This document shows positions 1 to 9,264 of a DNA stretch of 64,000 nt, piece by piece. Source of the DNA: Bacillota bacterium (lineage in GTDB: Bacteria; Bacillota; Desulfotomaculia; Desulfotomaculales; Nap2-2B). The position numbers and the translations under genes are program-made. Each line of letters starts with the position of its first letter. Position 1 is the first letter of the stretch. Under the pieces are notes generated by a model that was given only the letters and a program-made list of their open reading frames with translations, was not told the origin of the DNA and did no database searches. The stretch covers positions 3,041 to 67,040 of the forward strand of contig JBFLZY010000007.1 in assembly GCA_040755975.1 (NCBI GenBank). The letters are read 5' to 3'.

Positions 1-192
1 TACTTCCAGAGGCACGCTGCCTTCGTTGACCACGGTTATTTCTCCACTGCTCTCTTCGCCTTCGGCCAAAGACAGCTCCACCTTGGCCGGCGTAAGTCCC
101 AGACTTACTTCCGCATAGGCCGTTGGGCTGAACAGCAGCCAGGAAAATAAACTTAGAAAAAAGAAAAGCGCTTTCCGTTCCAGGTTCTTCAA
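1..192 (-). CDS. Secreted protein of unknown function, N-terminal fragment (gene runs off the left window edge)
   Basis: Manual reverse translation gives a TTG start at 192-190, preceded by GGAGGG 6 nt upstream. The product starts (M)KNLERKALFFFLSLFSWLLFSPTAYA/EVSLGLTPAKVELSLAEGEESSGEITVVNEGSVPLEV, a classic signal peptide with an AYA cleavage site. The frame is open to position 1. It is absent from the ORF track because it is truncated. Confidence 0.35.
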   Translation of the reverse strand, partial: MKNLERKALFFFLSLFSWLLFSPTAYAEVSLGLTPAKVELSLAEGEESSGEITVVNEGSVPLEV

Positions 193-378
193 CGCCAGCC
201 CTCCGTCCCGCCACCCGTAACATCAGTTAGGCATTACCCGTTGCCCAAGCAAAAGAGATCGCTAAGATTTAAGGAAGCAAGCTGCAAAAGCTCCGACCTC
301 TGCCTGCAGGACTGTTGCCTCTTTGTTGCCCGGTTTGCCCCTTTGGCCGAATAGCAATCCCTGCGCCGGTTGCACGGA

Positions 379-876
379 CTAGTAGGCCACGGCCGTATAG
401 ACAATATCCGTGGTGTAGCTACCTAACGGGTCATCGAGGTCAATGGTGAACTGATAATCGAAGCTATAGTCTTTCCCTGTTCCTAAAGTCTTGGGTTCAT
501 TGGTGGCGATGGCTGTGTCCGCCAAGCTGAAGGCGGTCCACGTTCCCGTACCTGCCGGCGCCCAGCTCAAACGGCTAATAGGCAGGGTCAGACCTATAGA
601 AGTATCCGTCAAGTCCTGCGTCGCCATAACGCTCAAGTTGTAAGCCACATTGGACTTGACGTTGACCACCACGGGACTGGCGCTGGTAACTGTGGAACCC
701 GGTACCCCTTCGAGCAATATGCTGGCGGTGTTGACGCTTACCACAATATTGGGGTTCACCTTGCCCAGGACAGTGACGCCACCTGTTGCTGCTCCGGCCT
801 CGCTGTCCTGGAAGAGGAGCAGGATCATACCCGCCACAAGGATTACGGAGGCGCCCAACAACCACCACTTCTTCAT
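379..876 (-). CDS. Secreted or cell-surface beta-rich protein of unknown function
   Basis: Track ORF 379..981. The likely true start is ATG at 876 (MKKWWLLGASVILVAGMILLL, signal/anchor), with RBS GGAGGTGGA at 881-889. The rest is Thr/Ser/Val-rich and looks like beta-strand. It is co-oriented with the truncated secreted protein downstream. Confidence 0.6.
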   Translation of the reverse strand: MKKWWLLGASVILVAGMILLLFQDSEAGAATGGVTVLGKVNPNIVVSVNTASILLEGVPGSTVTSASPVVVNVKSNVAYNLSVMATQDLTDTSIGLTLPISRLSWAPAGTGTWTAFSLADTAIATNEPKTLGTGKDYSFDYQFTIDLDDPLGSYTTDIVYTAVAY

Positions 877-1123
877 ACCATCCACCTCCTTTCCCCACCA
901 GGTCCAATTTAACGCCTGTAATTTAGTTATTGTCCTCAAGATTTTTTCACAAACGTCTCTTTCAATACAGGATATCCGCATCGCCCTCTTCCTGCCGGCT
1001 TGGCCGGGCCGTTATTTGTCCACCAGATAACCACTAACTTCCTGTTCATCGCCTAAAATCTGCCAGCTTTTTCCATTGCATCCCTCCCTCTGGTTTGTTA
1101 TACTTACTCTAAATCCGGTTAGA

Positions 1124-1384
1124 TTATATAAGAAAAGGAAAGACGGCATCAGGCGGCGTCGTCCGGCCGGGTCTCGCTTGCTCTCCGGCCGATGGCGCTT
1201 GCAATGGAGGCCTTATCCGTCTTCCTTTATAGAGGCTGTACTCATACTGGTAGATTGTCTGGCTGACCGCGCTGTGGGTCACGCCGGCCCGCTTTGCTAT
1301 ATCGCTGACTTTGGCGCCAGGGCGGACCATTTCGGCGCGGACCTCCCTGGTGGTCATACCTTGTGTCATGGGGGAACTGTTCAC
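1124..1384 (-). CDS. Small helix-turn-helix DNA-binding protein
   Basis: Track ORF 1124..1459. The likely start is GTG at 1384, preceded by AAAGGAGGA. HTH-like segment: TTREVRAEMVRPGAKVSDIAKRAGVTHSAVSQTIYQ. It is divergent from the XRE gene. Confidence 0.5.
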   Translation of the reverse strand: MNSSPMTQGMTTREVRAEMVRPGAKVSDIAKRAGVTHSAVSQTIYQYEYSLYKGRRIRPPLQAPSAGEQARPGRTTPPDAVFPFLI

Positions 1385-1505
1385 GCAGCCTTCCTCCTTT
1401 GGGGGGGTGGTACTGGCGGCGTGGGGGCGCCGCCAGTACCGATACCTATTACCTTCCACTCTGGAAGGTAATAGGCGAGGATCTGTCTTTGGTTATAGGT
1501 ATATT

Positions 1506-1528
1506 ATAATAGAACTTAGTTCTATTAT
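1506..1528. promoter_or_regulatory. Candidate operator: perfect 10-bp inverted repeat in the divergent promoter region
   Basis: ATAATAGAAC (1506-1515), tta, GTTCTATTAT (1519-1528). It overlaps TATAAT-like hexamers on both strands and lies between the two divergently transcribed HTH genes. Confidence 0.5.
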
Positions 1529-1560
1529 CAAAAGTTTTTTAGTACTGTGGGGTAAGTTTT

Positions 1561-2085
1561 TTGTGTGTAGGGGAAAGAATATTAGAGCTACGAAAAGCCT
1601 TAAAACTTAATCAGGAAGAATTTGGGAAAGCCTTGGGCGTATCCCAACGTCATATTTCCCAAATAGAAAACAACGCCAGAAATCCGTCAGAGCAACTGTT
1701 AAAACATATTTGCTTGAGATTTTTTGTTAATGAAAACTGGCTCCTGACCGGCCAGGGGGAAATGTTCACTCCGCCCGACGAAGCCGTCAAAGACCTGCTA
1801 AAAACCCTGACGGCCCGCCACGGGGAGCGGGCCGTCGTAAACGCCTTGCATAATATAATGAAAGAAAACGGTCTGGCCGTGGCCGCCGGCCGCCCGGCCC
1901 CCCGGGCCGACACCGGCGACCCCGAACTGGACCGCATGATCGACACCCTTTACCTGCTCTGGTCGGGCGCCGATGAGCGCCTTAAAAACTGGATCTCCGT
2001 CCAGTTTGACATTGCCTACCCAAAAAGCGTAATTGCGGAGGCTGAAAAAAAACAAAAAGAGAGCCAACAACTCTCCGCCGGTTGA
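1561..2085 (+). CDS. XRE-family (Cro/CI-type HTH) transcriptional regulator
   Basis: N-terminus GERILELRKALKLNQEEFGKALGVSQRHISQIENNARNPSEQLL is a canonical HTH_3/XRE motif. TTG start at 1561. Confidence 0.85.
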   Translation: MCVGERILELRKALKLNQEEFGKALGVSQRHISQIENNARNPSEQLLKHICLRFFVNENWLLTGQGEMFTPPDEAVKDLLKTLTARHGERAVVNALHNIMKENGLAVAAGRPAPRADTGDPELDRMIDTLYLLWSGADERLKNWISVQFDIAYPKSVIAEAEKKQKESQQLSAG

Positions 2086-2513
2086 TCTTATTTCCGTTTT
2101 CATTCAAATGTCCATAACAAGCCTTTTCTGTCGCAAATAAAATGATATACCTCCAGGCCCCGTCAAAGCCTTCATATAACCGCCTTTTCCCTTTTAATCC
2201 CAGGTTTTACCACGTCCTTTTACTTTACATTTCGGATGAGAAAACACTGCCCTTTAACTTTAAGGCAGTACCAAACTTATTAGTTAGGAACGTTTTCTAT
2301 TTCGTACGGATTAATTTTTCCGGGAATTAGAGCCACTGTGGAACCTCCTCGCGAACATTATTAGGAGGAGAATCTCACAAAGGGAGGGGCCTATTCCTTC
2401 TTTTCAAAGAACAATTTTCGTTACTTATTTTCCAGGAGTAAAGCCCCATCTCTGGTTGTTAATGGAATACTCGGGTATTAACCGAACATCAATGTAAGCT
2501 AAGTGAAGGTTCC

Positions 2514-2541
2514 TAAAAAAGATGTAATCCTTACATTACAT
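2514..2541 (-). terminator. Weak rho-independent terminator downstream of topB
   Basis: On the minus strand: ATGTAAT-gtaagg-ATTACAT followed by CTTTTTT. The stem is AT-rich, so confidence is modest. Confidence 0.4.
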
Positions 2542-2568
2542 GTGAACTCTGTATCTTCTGTGGTAAAT

Positions 2569-4662
2569 TTAATCCCGGTGGAAGCTGAAAATGACCTTTC
2601 CCTCTTCGTTCAGGGCCAGGGCGGCGTTAAAGGTTTTGCCGGCCCGCGAGCGAAAGCCCTTGATCACTCCCGTGCGGCCTTTTTTGAGCAGGTTTTTGGC
2701 CTGGGCGGGGCTGATCTTTTTCCCGGCGATTTCTTTCCAGATGACAAACCGGCAGCCCTCTTTCCAGCCCGTACAGCCGTACCCCTTGGGGAATTCCCGG
2801 ACGTCCTTCGCGCACAAAGGACATTGACCCAAAATTTCCTGCGCCGGGGGTTCATTGCTCCCGGCGCCGGCCGCCGCTTCCTGGGTTTTGACCAGCGAAA
2901 CGATCTGCCTGGTGAAATCTTTAATTGCCTCCAGCCATTGCTCCGGCTTTTGCTCCCCGGCTTCGATTTCCAAAAGACCCTGCTCCCAACGGGCGGTCAG
3001 CTCCGGGGACTTGACCTCTTCCGGAACCAGGTCGATCAAGGCTTCCCCCTTGGCGGTGGGGAAAAGCGTCTTTTTCTGGCGCTTTACGTAGCCGACCTGA
3101 ATTAAGCGTTCAATGATTGCCGCCCGGGTGGAAGGGGTGCCGATTCCGCCCGCGGCTTTCAGGATATCCTGCATCTCCTTATCTTCAACAAACTTCCCCG
3201 CTTTTTCCATGGCGGCCAGCAGGGTTGCTTCGGTGTAGCGGGGCGGGGGTTTGGTCTGCTTCTCCAAAGCGTCGATTGCTTCTAAAAAGACCCGCTCTCC
3301 CTCGGCCAGGGGCGGCAGGATTTGTTCTTCCTCGTCTTTTTTCTCGCTGGGGAAATATACTTTTTTCCACCCCTGTTGCAATTCCACTTTTCCCCGGGAA
3401 AGAAAGGTTTCCCGGCCGGCGGCGGTAATCACCCGGGTCACGTTATACCTGGCGTCGGGGTAAAAAATGGCCAGCAGGCGCCGGGCGACCAGGTCGTAAA
3501 CGATTTGCTCCGGCCGGCTTAAATTGGCCGGTTGGGGTTTTGTTTCGGTAACGATAATGGCGTGGTGGTCGGTCACCCGGGCGTCGTCCACGTAGCGCCT
3601 GGACAAGCGGGGCAGGCGCCCGGGAATCAGCGGCTGGTATTCGGCGACTGCGGCCAGCGCCGCCATCCTTTGGGGGATGGTTTTCGCCAGAAGAACGGAC
3701 AGGTGGCGGCTTTCCGTGCGCGGGTAGGTAATTAACTTGTGCTTTTCGTAAAGGGCCTGGGCCGCCCGCAGGGTCTGTTCGGCGGTAAGCCCGTGCTTCT
3801 GGTTGGCTTCCTTTTGGAGGTCGTTGAGATTAAATAACAGCGGCGGGGGCTCTTTGACTTCCTTTTCTTCCACCGCGGAAACGACGGATTCCCGGTTGTT
3901 CCGGCAGGTCGCGACCATCTCCGCGGCCGCCTTCGCGCTTGGTAACCGGTCCGTTTTGTCCGCAAACCACTTGCCCCGGTAAGTTTCCCCGGTGCTCTTC
4001 CGGAAGGTCGCCCAGACCTCCCAGTATTTGGCCGCCTGGAAGTTCCGGATTTCCCTTTCCCGGGCCACAATCAGGGCCAGGGTGGGGGTCTGCACCCGGC
4101 CCACGCTCAACAGTTCCTTATGCCGGCAGGTGAAGGCGCGCGTAGCGTTGATGCCGACCAGCCAGTCGGCCTGGGCGCGCGCCGCGGCGGCTACCGCCAG
4201 GTTGTCCAGCTCGCGGTTTTCCCGCAAATTTTCGAAGGCCGACCGGATGGCCGCCGGCGTCGTTTCCCTAAGCCACAGGCGTTTGACTTCCCTGGCGCAG
4301 CCGGCCTGGGCGTAAATCCGGCGGAAGATGTTCTCTCCCTCGCGGCCGGCGTCGCAGGCGTTGACGATCAGGCCCACCTGGGGGGAAAGGAGCAGGTTTT
4401 TTAGAACCTGGAACTGCCGGGCGGTTTCCGGGATCACCTTGAGTATAAATTCCCCGGGAATAAAGGGCAGGGTATTCAGCGACCACTTTTTCAGGGCGGG
4501 GTTGTAGTCCTCCGGTTCGGCAAGTTCAACCAGATGGCCGATGGCCCAGGAGACAATAAACTGCTCGTTTTCCAGGTATCCTTCCCTGGTTTTAAACCGG
4601 CCCAGGACCTTGGCGATGTCCCGGCCGACCGATGGTTTTTCCGTGATAACCAACGTTTTCAT
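2569..4662 (-). CDS. topB: DNA topoisomerase III (type IA)
   Basis: 697 aa. Toprim N-terminus MKTLVITEKPSVGRDIAKVLG, active-site region ITYPRTESRHL, and a C-terminal Cys-rich zinc-ribbon region CPLCAKDV...GCTGWKEGCRF. Confidence 0.93.
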   Translation of the reverse strand: MKTLVITEKPSVGRDIAKVLGRFKTREGYLENEQFIVSWAIGHLVELAEPEDYNPALKKWSLNTLPFIPGEFILKVIPETARQFQVLKNLLLSPQVGLIVNACDAGREGENIFRRIYAQAGCAREVKRLWLRETTPAAIRSAFENLRENRELDNLAVAAAARAQADWLVGINATRAFTCRHKELLSVGRVQTPTLALIVAREREIRNFQAAKYWEVWATFRKSTGETYRGKWFADKTDRLPSAKAAAEMVATCRNNRESVVSAVEEKEVKEPPPLLFNLNDLQKEANQKHGLTAEQTLRAAQALYEKHKLITYPRTESRHLSVLLAKTIPQRMAALAAVAEYQPLIPGRLPRLSRRYVDDARVTDHHAIIVTETKPQPANLSRPEQIVYDLVARRLLAIFYPDARYNVTRVITAAGRETFLSRGKVELQQGWKKVYFPSEKKDEEEQILPPLAEGERVFLEAIDALEKQTKPPPRYTEATLLAAMEKAGKFVEDKEMQDILKAAGGIGTPSTRAAIIERLIQVGYVKRQKKTLFPTAKGEALIDLVPEEVKSPELTARWEQGLLEIEAGEQKPEQWLEAIKDFTRQIVSLVKTQEAAAGAGSNEPPAQEILGQCPLCAKDVREFPKGYGCTGWKEGCRFVIWKEIAGKKISPAQAKNLLKKGRTGVIKGFRSRAGKTFNAALALNEEGKVIFSFHRD

Positions 4663-4671
4663 CGTTGTTCC

Positions 4672-5112
4672 TCAGCGTTTGTCCGTACTGCCGAAGCCTC
4701 CGTGTCCCTTGGCGCGCAGTTCGCCGGTTTCGATGAAAACCGCCTCGTACACCGGTTTGACGCAAACCTGGGCGATGGCTTTGTCTTTGCTGATTTTTTT
4801 GGGTTCGTTCCCGAAATTAAAAAGTTTTACTTTAATTTCGTCTGTGTAGTCGCTGTCCAGGGTCCCCCAGTAAGCGACCACGTCGTGTTTAAAGGCGTAG
4901 CCGCTGCGCGGCCTGATTTGCAGCTCGTAACCTTTGGGCAGTTCTACGGCCAGGCCGGTGCCTAAAATGACGCTGCCGCGGGGTGCGATGACGGCTTCCT
5001 CCAGGGGGTACACGTCGTAGCAGGCGCTTTCCGCGGTTGCTTTCACGGGTATTTTCGCGTCCGGGTGGAGTTTTTTTATTTTTACGGCAATCTCGGGCGC
5101 TTTGGCGGGCAA
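4672..5112 (-). CDS. dut: dUTP diphosphatase (trimeric dUTPase)
   Basis: All five dUTPase motifs are visible: ACYDVY, RPRSGYA, GTLDSDYTDEI, AIAQV, GHGGFGSTD. Confidence 0.93.
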   Translation of the reverse strand: MPAKAPEIAVKIKKLHPDAKIPVKATAESACYDVYPLEEAVIAPRGSVILGTGLAVELPKGYELQIRPRSGYAFKHDVVAYWGTLDSDYTDEIKVKLFNFGNEPKKISKDKAIAQVCVKPVYEAVFIETGELRAKGHGGFGSTDKR

Positions 5113-5143
5113 AACTGTTCTTCTCCTTTCTTTCTGCCGGCTT

Positions 5144-5821
5144 CTACCAATTTCCGGTCCGTTCCTGCTGGTACGTTACGGAAGCGTAGGCGGCGGCGGG
5201 GAAGCCGGTGTCGTATTCGATGTCGTCGAAAACGACGGGGATCCTTTTCCTGAATTCCAGCAGGGTCGGGATGGCGATCTGCCTGATCTGGGGGTGGGCC
5301 CTTTGGTTTCCCCGGAGCTTGAAGAAGTGCCGCCACTCGCGGAGGTTGTACGTGACCACGATTTCGCTTTTTAAATCGGCGGGCAGCACCCCCCTGGCCT
5401 GTTCCGGCCTGGCCCCCCGCGCCAGGAGCGCCAGATAGGCGCGGGCGGCGCCAACAACGGCCTCCTTCCAGATTTCGTAAGCCTCGCTTCCTTCCGGGAA
5501 ATAATAAGGCCGGATAAAAACCATTTTATTTTGATAATTGCAGTACCGGGTGCTTTCCTGGGAGTAGCTGGCAATCCGGTGCCGGACGATCTCGTGGGTG
5601 ATGCCCCGGTTGGTGATATAGATGACGGTGATTTTTTCGTGCTCAATGACGCTCTCGTGCCCCCGGTCGATTAAATTCCGGACGAACCGGGAGGCGGAGT
5701 TTTCATTAATCAATCTTTCCGATTTGTAACAAATCCTCCCGTAGCGTTCAATCCTTTTTAAAATACCTTCGTTTATTTCGTCCTGAATGATTACCTGCGG
5801 ATCGATAACGGCAATCTCCAC
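5144..5821 (-). CDS. thyX: FAD-dependent thymidylate synthase ThyX
   Basis: ThyX signature RHRIASYSQESTRY (RHRxxSxxxxSxR); 225 aa. Confidence 0.93.
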   Translation of the reverse strand: MEIAVIDPQVIIQDEINEGILKRIERYGRICYKSERLINENSASRFVRNLIDRGHESVIEHEKITVIYITNRGITHEIVRHRIASYSQESTRYCNYQNKMVFIRPYYFPEGSEAYEIWKEAVVGAARAYLALLARGARPEQARGVLPADLKSEIVVTYNLREWRHFFKLRGNQRAHPQIRQIAIPTLLEFRKRIPVVFDDIEYDTGFPAAAYASVTYQQERTGNW

Positions 5822-5944
5822 CCGAACTCCTCCCCAATTTTCCCCCGACGCGTATTGTTGTTAACATTATATTGGACAGGGGGGTGGTTGGACAAGACTA
5901 ATTTATGGTATACTTGAGGAAATACAATTTCCGGAGTGAGTATA

Positions 5945-7195
5945 ATGTACCAGAAGACCGCCGGTTTTTACAAAATGGACGCCGCGAAAGTCGGCCGGGG
6001 GTGGCATGAAATGGGCCCCATTCGCCCGCCCAGCGAGGGCCGGGATGCTTCCCTTTTGTTGCGGGTGACCAGAAACTGCCCCTGGAACCGCTGCGAGTTT
6101 TGCCCGACGTATAAGAACGAGCGTTACAGCGTGCGCACCGTGGAGGAAGTAAAGGCGGATCTGGAGTTGGTGCAGGGCCTGGCCGAAGAGCTGCGCAGCG
6201 CATCCTGGCGCCTGGGGTTTGCCGGAGCGGTCGGCGAAGAAATCGTTCTGGCCGTGATTAATTCCAACCCCGAAATCTACAGCCGCCAGCACAACGACGC
6301 AAGGCTGGTCCGCAGTCGCCTGAACAGCCTGGCGAACGTGGCCAACTGGCTGGCCACCGGCGCCAAAACCGTTTTTCTGCAGGACGGAAACTCTCCGCAA
6401 ATCCGCACCGCAGACCTGGTTGCCGTTTTAAATTATATCCGGGAGATGTTTCCTGCCGTAGAACGGATCACCTCTTACGCGCGTTCGAAAACCATTGCCC
6501 GGAAGTCGTTCGAAGAGATTCTGCAGTTACGTCAGGCGGGCCTGTCCCGGCTGCATATCGGCCTGGAATCGGGATGCGACGAGGTGCTGGCGGCGGTAAA
6601 AAAGGGGGTGACGGCGGAGGAGCACGTCATGGCCGGCAAAAAAACGAAGGAAGCGGGGATTACTTTGAGCGAATATTTAATGCCCGGCCTCGGCGGGAAA
6701 AAATGGTCGGAAAAGCACGCCCTCGACTCGGCCCGGGTCTTAAGCGAAATCGACCCCGATTTTATCCGGTTGCGGACGCTCATCCCCCGCCGCCGCACCC
6801 CGCTGTACGAGCGCATGCTGGCCGGCGAATTTGAACCCCTGGCGGAAGACGAGGTTGTGGAAGAAATTGGTTTATTTGTGGAAAATCTTGATTGCCACGC
6901 CTATCTGGTCAGCGATCAGATGTCCAACCTATTGTGGGAGGTAGAGGGCCTGCTGCCGGAGGACAAGCCGAAAATCCTGGCGACCATCCGGAATTATTTG
7001 CAAATGCCTCTGATCGCCAGGCTAAAGGTGCAGCTGGAGCGCCGCCTGTCCTCGTACCTGGCTGTTTACGGGCGGCTGGAGGAAAAAGTTGCGGCGAAAG
7101 TGGAGCTGGCCGCGGCGGCCGTGCAAAAAGAAGCGCCCGACGCGCCCGGGAAAGTCAGGGATGCGCTGGAAGCCCTCAAGCAGGCCTTCATCTGA
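5945..7195 (+). CDS. Radical SAM domain protein (function unknown)
   Basis: CxxxCxxC motif in VTRNCPWNRCEFCPTYK. Track ORF starts at 5936 (GTG); ATG at 5945 has better spacing from GGAG. Confidence 0.8.
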   Translation: MYQKTAGFYKMDAAKVGRGWHEMGPIRPPSEGRDASLLLRVTRNCPWNRCEFCPTYKNERYSVRTVEEVKADLELVQGLAEELRSASWRLGFAGAVGEEIVLAVINSNPEIYSRQHNDARLVRSRLNSLANVANWLATGAKTVFLQDGNSPQIRTADLVAVLNYIREMFPAVERITSYARSKTIARKSFEEILQLRQAGLSRLHIGLESGCDEVLAAVKKGVTAEEHVMAGKKTKEAGITLSEYLMPGLGGKKWSEKHALDSARVLSEIDPDFIRLRTLIPRRRTPLYERMLAGEFEPLAEDEVVEEIGLFVENLDCHAYLVSDQMSNLLWEVEGLLPEDKPKILATIRNYLQMPLIARLKVQLERRLSSYLAVYGRLEEKVAAKVELAAAAVQKEAPDAPGKVRDALEALKQAFI

Positions 7196-7286
7196 TGGTC
7201 TGCAGCCGCTCCTGGATAATTCCTCCGGTAATTGATCAATGCGCCGGGAGCTCATCTGGTTTCAGCCCGCTTCAGCAGGGAAAGGT

Positions 7287-7496
7287 TCAGCGCTCTTCTT
7301 TTTCGATTGCCTCTTCCCCGGCCTGAACCAGCTTTTTTACCATGTTTCCGCCGATTTTCCCGGCTTCCCGGACCGTCAATTCGTCGCCGGGGTTGGCCAG
7401 GTCATCGTCCAGGCCCAATTCTCTGGCGGTTTTCCATTTCAGCCTGTCCATGGCATCTTTTTCGCGGATTCTGGCGGTTGGCTTTTTCTTGGCCAT
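7287..7496 (-). CDS. Alpha/beta-type small acid-soluble spore protein (SASP)
   Basis: 69 aa. RLKWKTARELGL...LTVREAGKIGGNMVKKLVQAGEE matches the conserved SASP DNA-binding pattern. RBS GGGGTGAT. Confidence 0.85.
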   Translation of the reverse strand: MAKKKPTARIREKDAMDRLKWKTARELGLDDDLANPGDELTVREAGKIGGNMVKKLVQAGEEAIEKEER

Positions 7497-7574
7497 CGCA
7501 AATCACCCCGCTTTCAGCATGTCCCCCGGCCGGTTGCTTTAATCATAGAAAGATAAGGCAAGAAGTGAAAAAAA

Positions 7575-7606
7575 ATCTCTGTGCTCTCCGTGTCTCTCTG
7601 GTTAAT
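7575..7606 (-). repeat. CACAGAG-type dispersed intergenic repeat, copy a
   Basis: The minus strand reads ATTAACCAGAGAGACACGGAGAGCACAGAGAT, followed by a T-run. It lies just downstream of the GH18 gene stop. Confidence 0.5.
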
Positions 7607-7632
7607 TTACGGGTCTCGGGACCATCCCGGAA

Positions 7633-8622
7633 TTATCTCGGGGCAAACGCTGGGTGCTCGAAGTACCAGCTTTTTTCTAAAAGATCCCATATTTTTGGGT
7701 CTTCCAGGCCCAAACGCCAGACTCCGATTCCCGGCAGGCGTTTTTTGACGATCAGGTTCAGCTTTACCTGAAAACTTTTCGCATCTTCAAACCAGACAAT
7801 GTGCCGGACGCCGTTTTCGACGTATGTGTAGGTCGATTCCTGGGCCTGCTCGTCGTAACGGATCTGAGCGCCGAAGCGCTGCGCCCGGGCGATTGCCTCG
7901 GCGTAGGACAGCGTTTCCGGCACCCTGGCGCCGGGCGCCCAGTCGTACCCGTAAACAGGCAGTCCCCAGAAAATTTTCTCCCGGGGAATGGCCGTCAGGG
8001 CGTAGTTCATCACCTGTTCTACGAAGCCGAGGGAAGCGATTGGACCCGGTTCGGCAAAGTGTTCGTCGTAGGCGAGAACGTACATTTGATCGCTGACCTC
8101 GGCCAGGTCGGGGTAGCTGAAGGCCCCCGAAAAAGGGTGGCGCGGGTTATCTTCCAGCTCGGCGGGAACGGAGATGGTGACTAGAAAATCCAGCGGTTTG
8201 AGGGCCTGGAATAACTCCGTCTGGAAACGGGTTAAAAAAGGCCGGTCTTCGGGGGGAACGAACTCAAAATCGATGTTTACCCCCGCAAATCCCCGCCGCA
8301 AAAGCATCTCGCGGATGCTGGCGACCAGGGTGCGCCGCAAGTTTTCATCGGTCAGCAACCGGTGAATGAGCGGTCCGAAGCGGGGGCTGGAGTAATTGTG
8401 GACGATGGCCAGCACCGGCAATTTAAACCGCCGGACGAGGATCAGCGCCTCTTCGTCGGACTGGTCCTCCAGGGTTCCCTGACCGGTTACGCCGAACCAA
8501 AAAGGAATGAGGAAAGTGATTTTCTTTCCGTGCGCCTCCAGGGATTCTAAAGCCTGAGGGTCGGGTGTGTAGTACCAGTTGTTGCAAAAGGGTAAAGCCA
8601 GCGGATGAAGAAAACCGGGCAT
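7633..8622 (-). CDS. Glycoside hydrolase family 18, spore-cortex/YaaH-type (no LysM seen)
   Basis: GH18 catalytic motif GVNIDFEF. Track ORF 7633..8658; the likely start is ATG at 8622 with GGAGGT 7 nt upstream. Confidence 0.75.
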   Translation of the reverse strand: MPGFLHPLALPFCNNWYYTPDPQALESLEAHGKKITFLIPFWFGVTGQGTLEDQSDEEALILVRRFKLPVLAIVHNYSSPRFGPLIHRLLTDENLRRTLVASIREMLLRRGFAGVNIDFEFVPPEDRPFLTRFQTELFQALKPLDFLVTISVPAELEDNPRHPFSGAFSYPDLAEVSDQMYVLAYDEHFAEPGPIASLGFVEQVMNYALTAIPREKIFWGLPVYGYDWAPGARVPETLSYAEAIARAQRFGAQIRYDEQAQESTYTYVENGVRHIVWFEDAKSFQVKLNLIVKKRLPGIGVWRLGLEDPKIWDLLEKSWYFEHPAFAPR

Positions 8623-8784
8623 AACTGAAACCTCCAATCTTATGGTTATAATATGCATAAATGGATTTTCATGTCATCAAGGGAAAGCGAAATCTGCCTT
8701 TTAAGGCAATTTTTTGTTGATCTGTTGTTTTAATGCGTTATAATAAAGGGGAGTTGCGGTGAGGTCTTATAAAGAGGTGGGATT

Positions 8785-9264
8785 ATGTCCGGCAAATTAA
8801 GTCCGAGTGCGCAGAAGGTGCAGGATGTTTTAAGGTCTTTAGGCTCTCCGCGGCAGGTGCGGGAATTCCTGCAGACCACCCGCACCGCCGCCGAGGCGGC
8901 CCAGGCCATTGGCTGCCGGGTTGAGCAGATTGCCAAATCCCTCGTTTTTCGAGGGAAGTACACAAAAAGGCCTGTTTTGGTAATTGCCAGCGGGGTAAAC
9001 CGCGCGAACGAAAAAAAGTTGGCGGAGTTGATTGCGGAGCCTCTGGAGAAGGCGGACGCCGGTTTTGTCCGGGAGCAAACCGGTTTTGTCATCGGCGGCG
9101 TTCCCCCGGTGGGTCACCTTGCACAACTGACCACTTTTATTGACGAAGATTTGCTTCAGTATGAAGAAATCTGGGCCGCCGCCGGCAACCCGAACGCCGT
9201 TTTTCCGCTTGCGCCAGCCGAACTCGTCAAAATGACCGGCGGCCGCGTCGTCGCTATTAAGTAA
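8785..9264 (+). CDS. YbaK/ProX-type aminoacyl-tRNA trans-editing domain protein
   Basis: 159 aa. ...AKSLVFRGKYTKRPVLVIASGVNRANEKKL...GFVIGGVPPVGH... matches the YbaK/EbsC fold pattern. Confidence 0.75.
   Translation: MSGKLSPSAQKVQDVLRSLGSPRQVREFLQTTRTAAEAAQAIGCRVEQIAKSLVFRGKYTKRPVLVIASGVNRANEKKLAELIAEPLEKADAGFVREQTGFVIGGVPPVGHLAQLTTFIDEDLLQYEEIWAAAGNPNAVFPLAPAELVKMTGGRVVAIK

Noticed and set aside
2142-2330. A 62-aa ORF in the AT-rich region downstream of the XRE gene
   Set aside because: It has no RBS, a low-complexity AT-rich composition, and lies in a probable terminator/promoter region.
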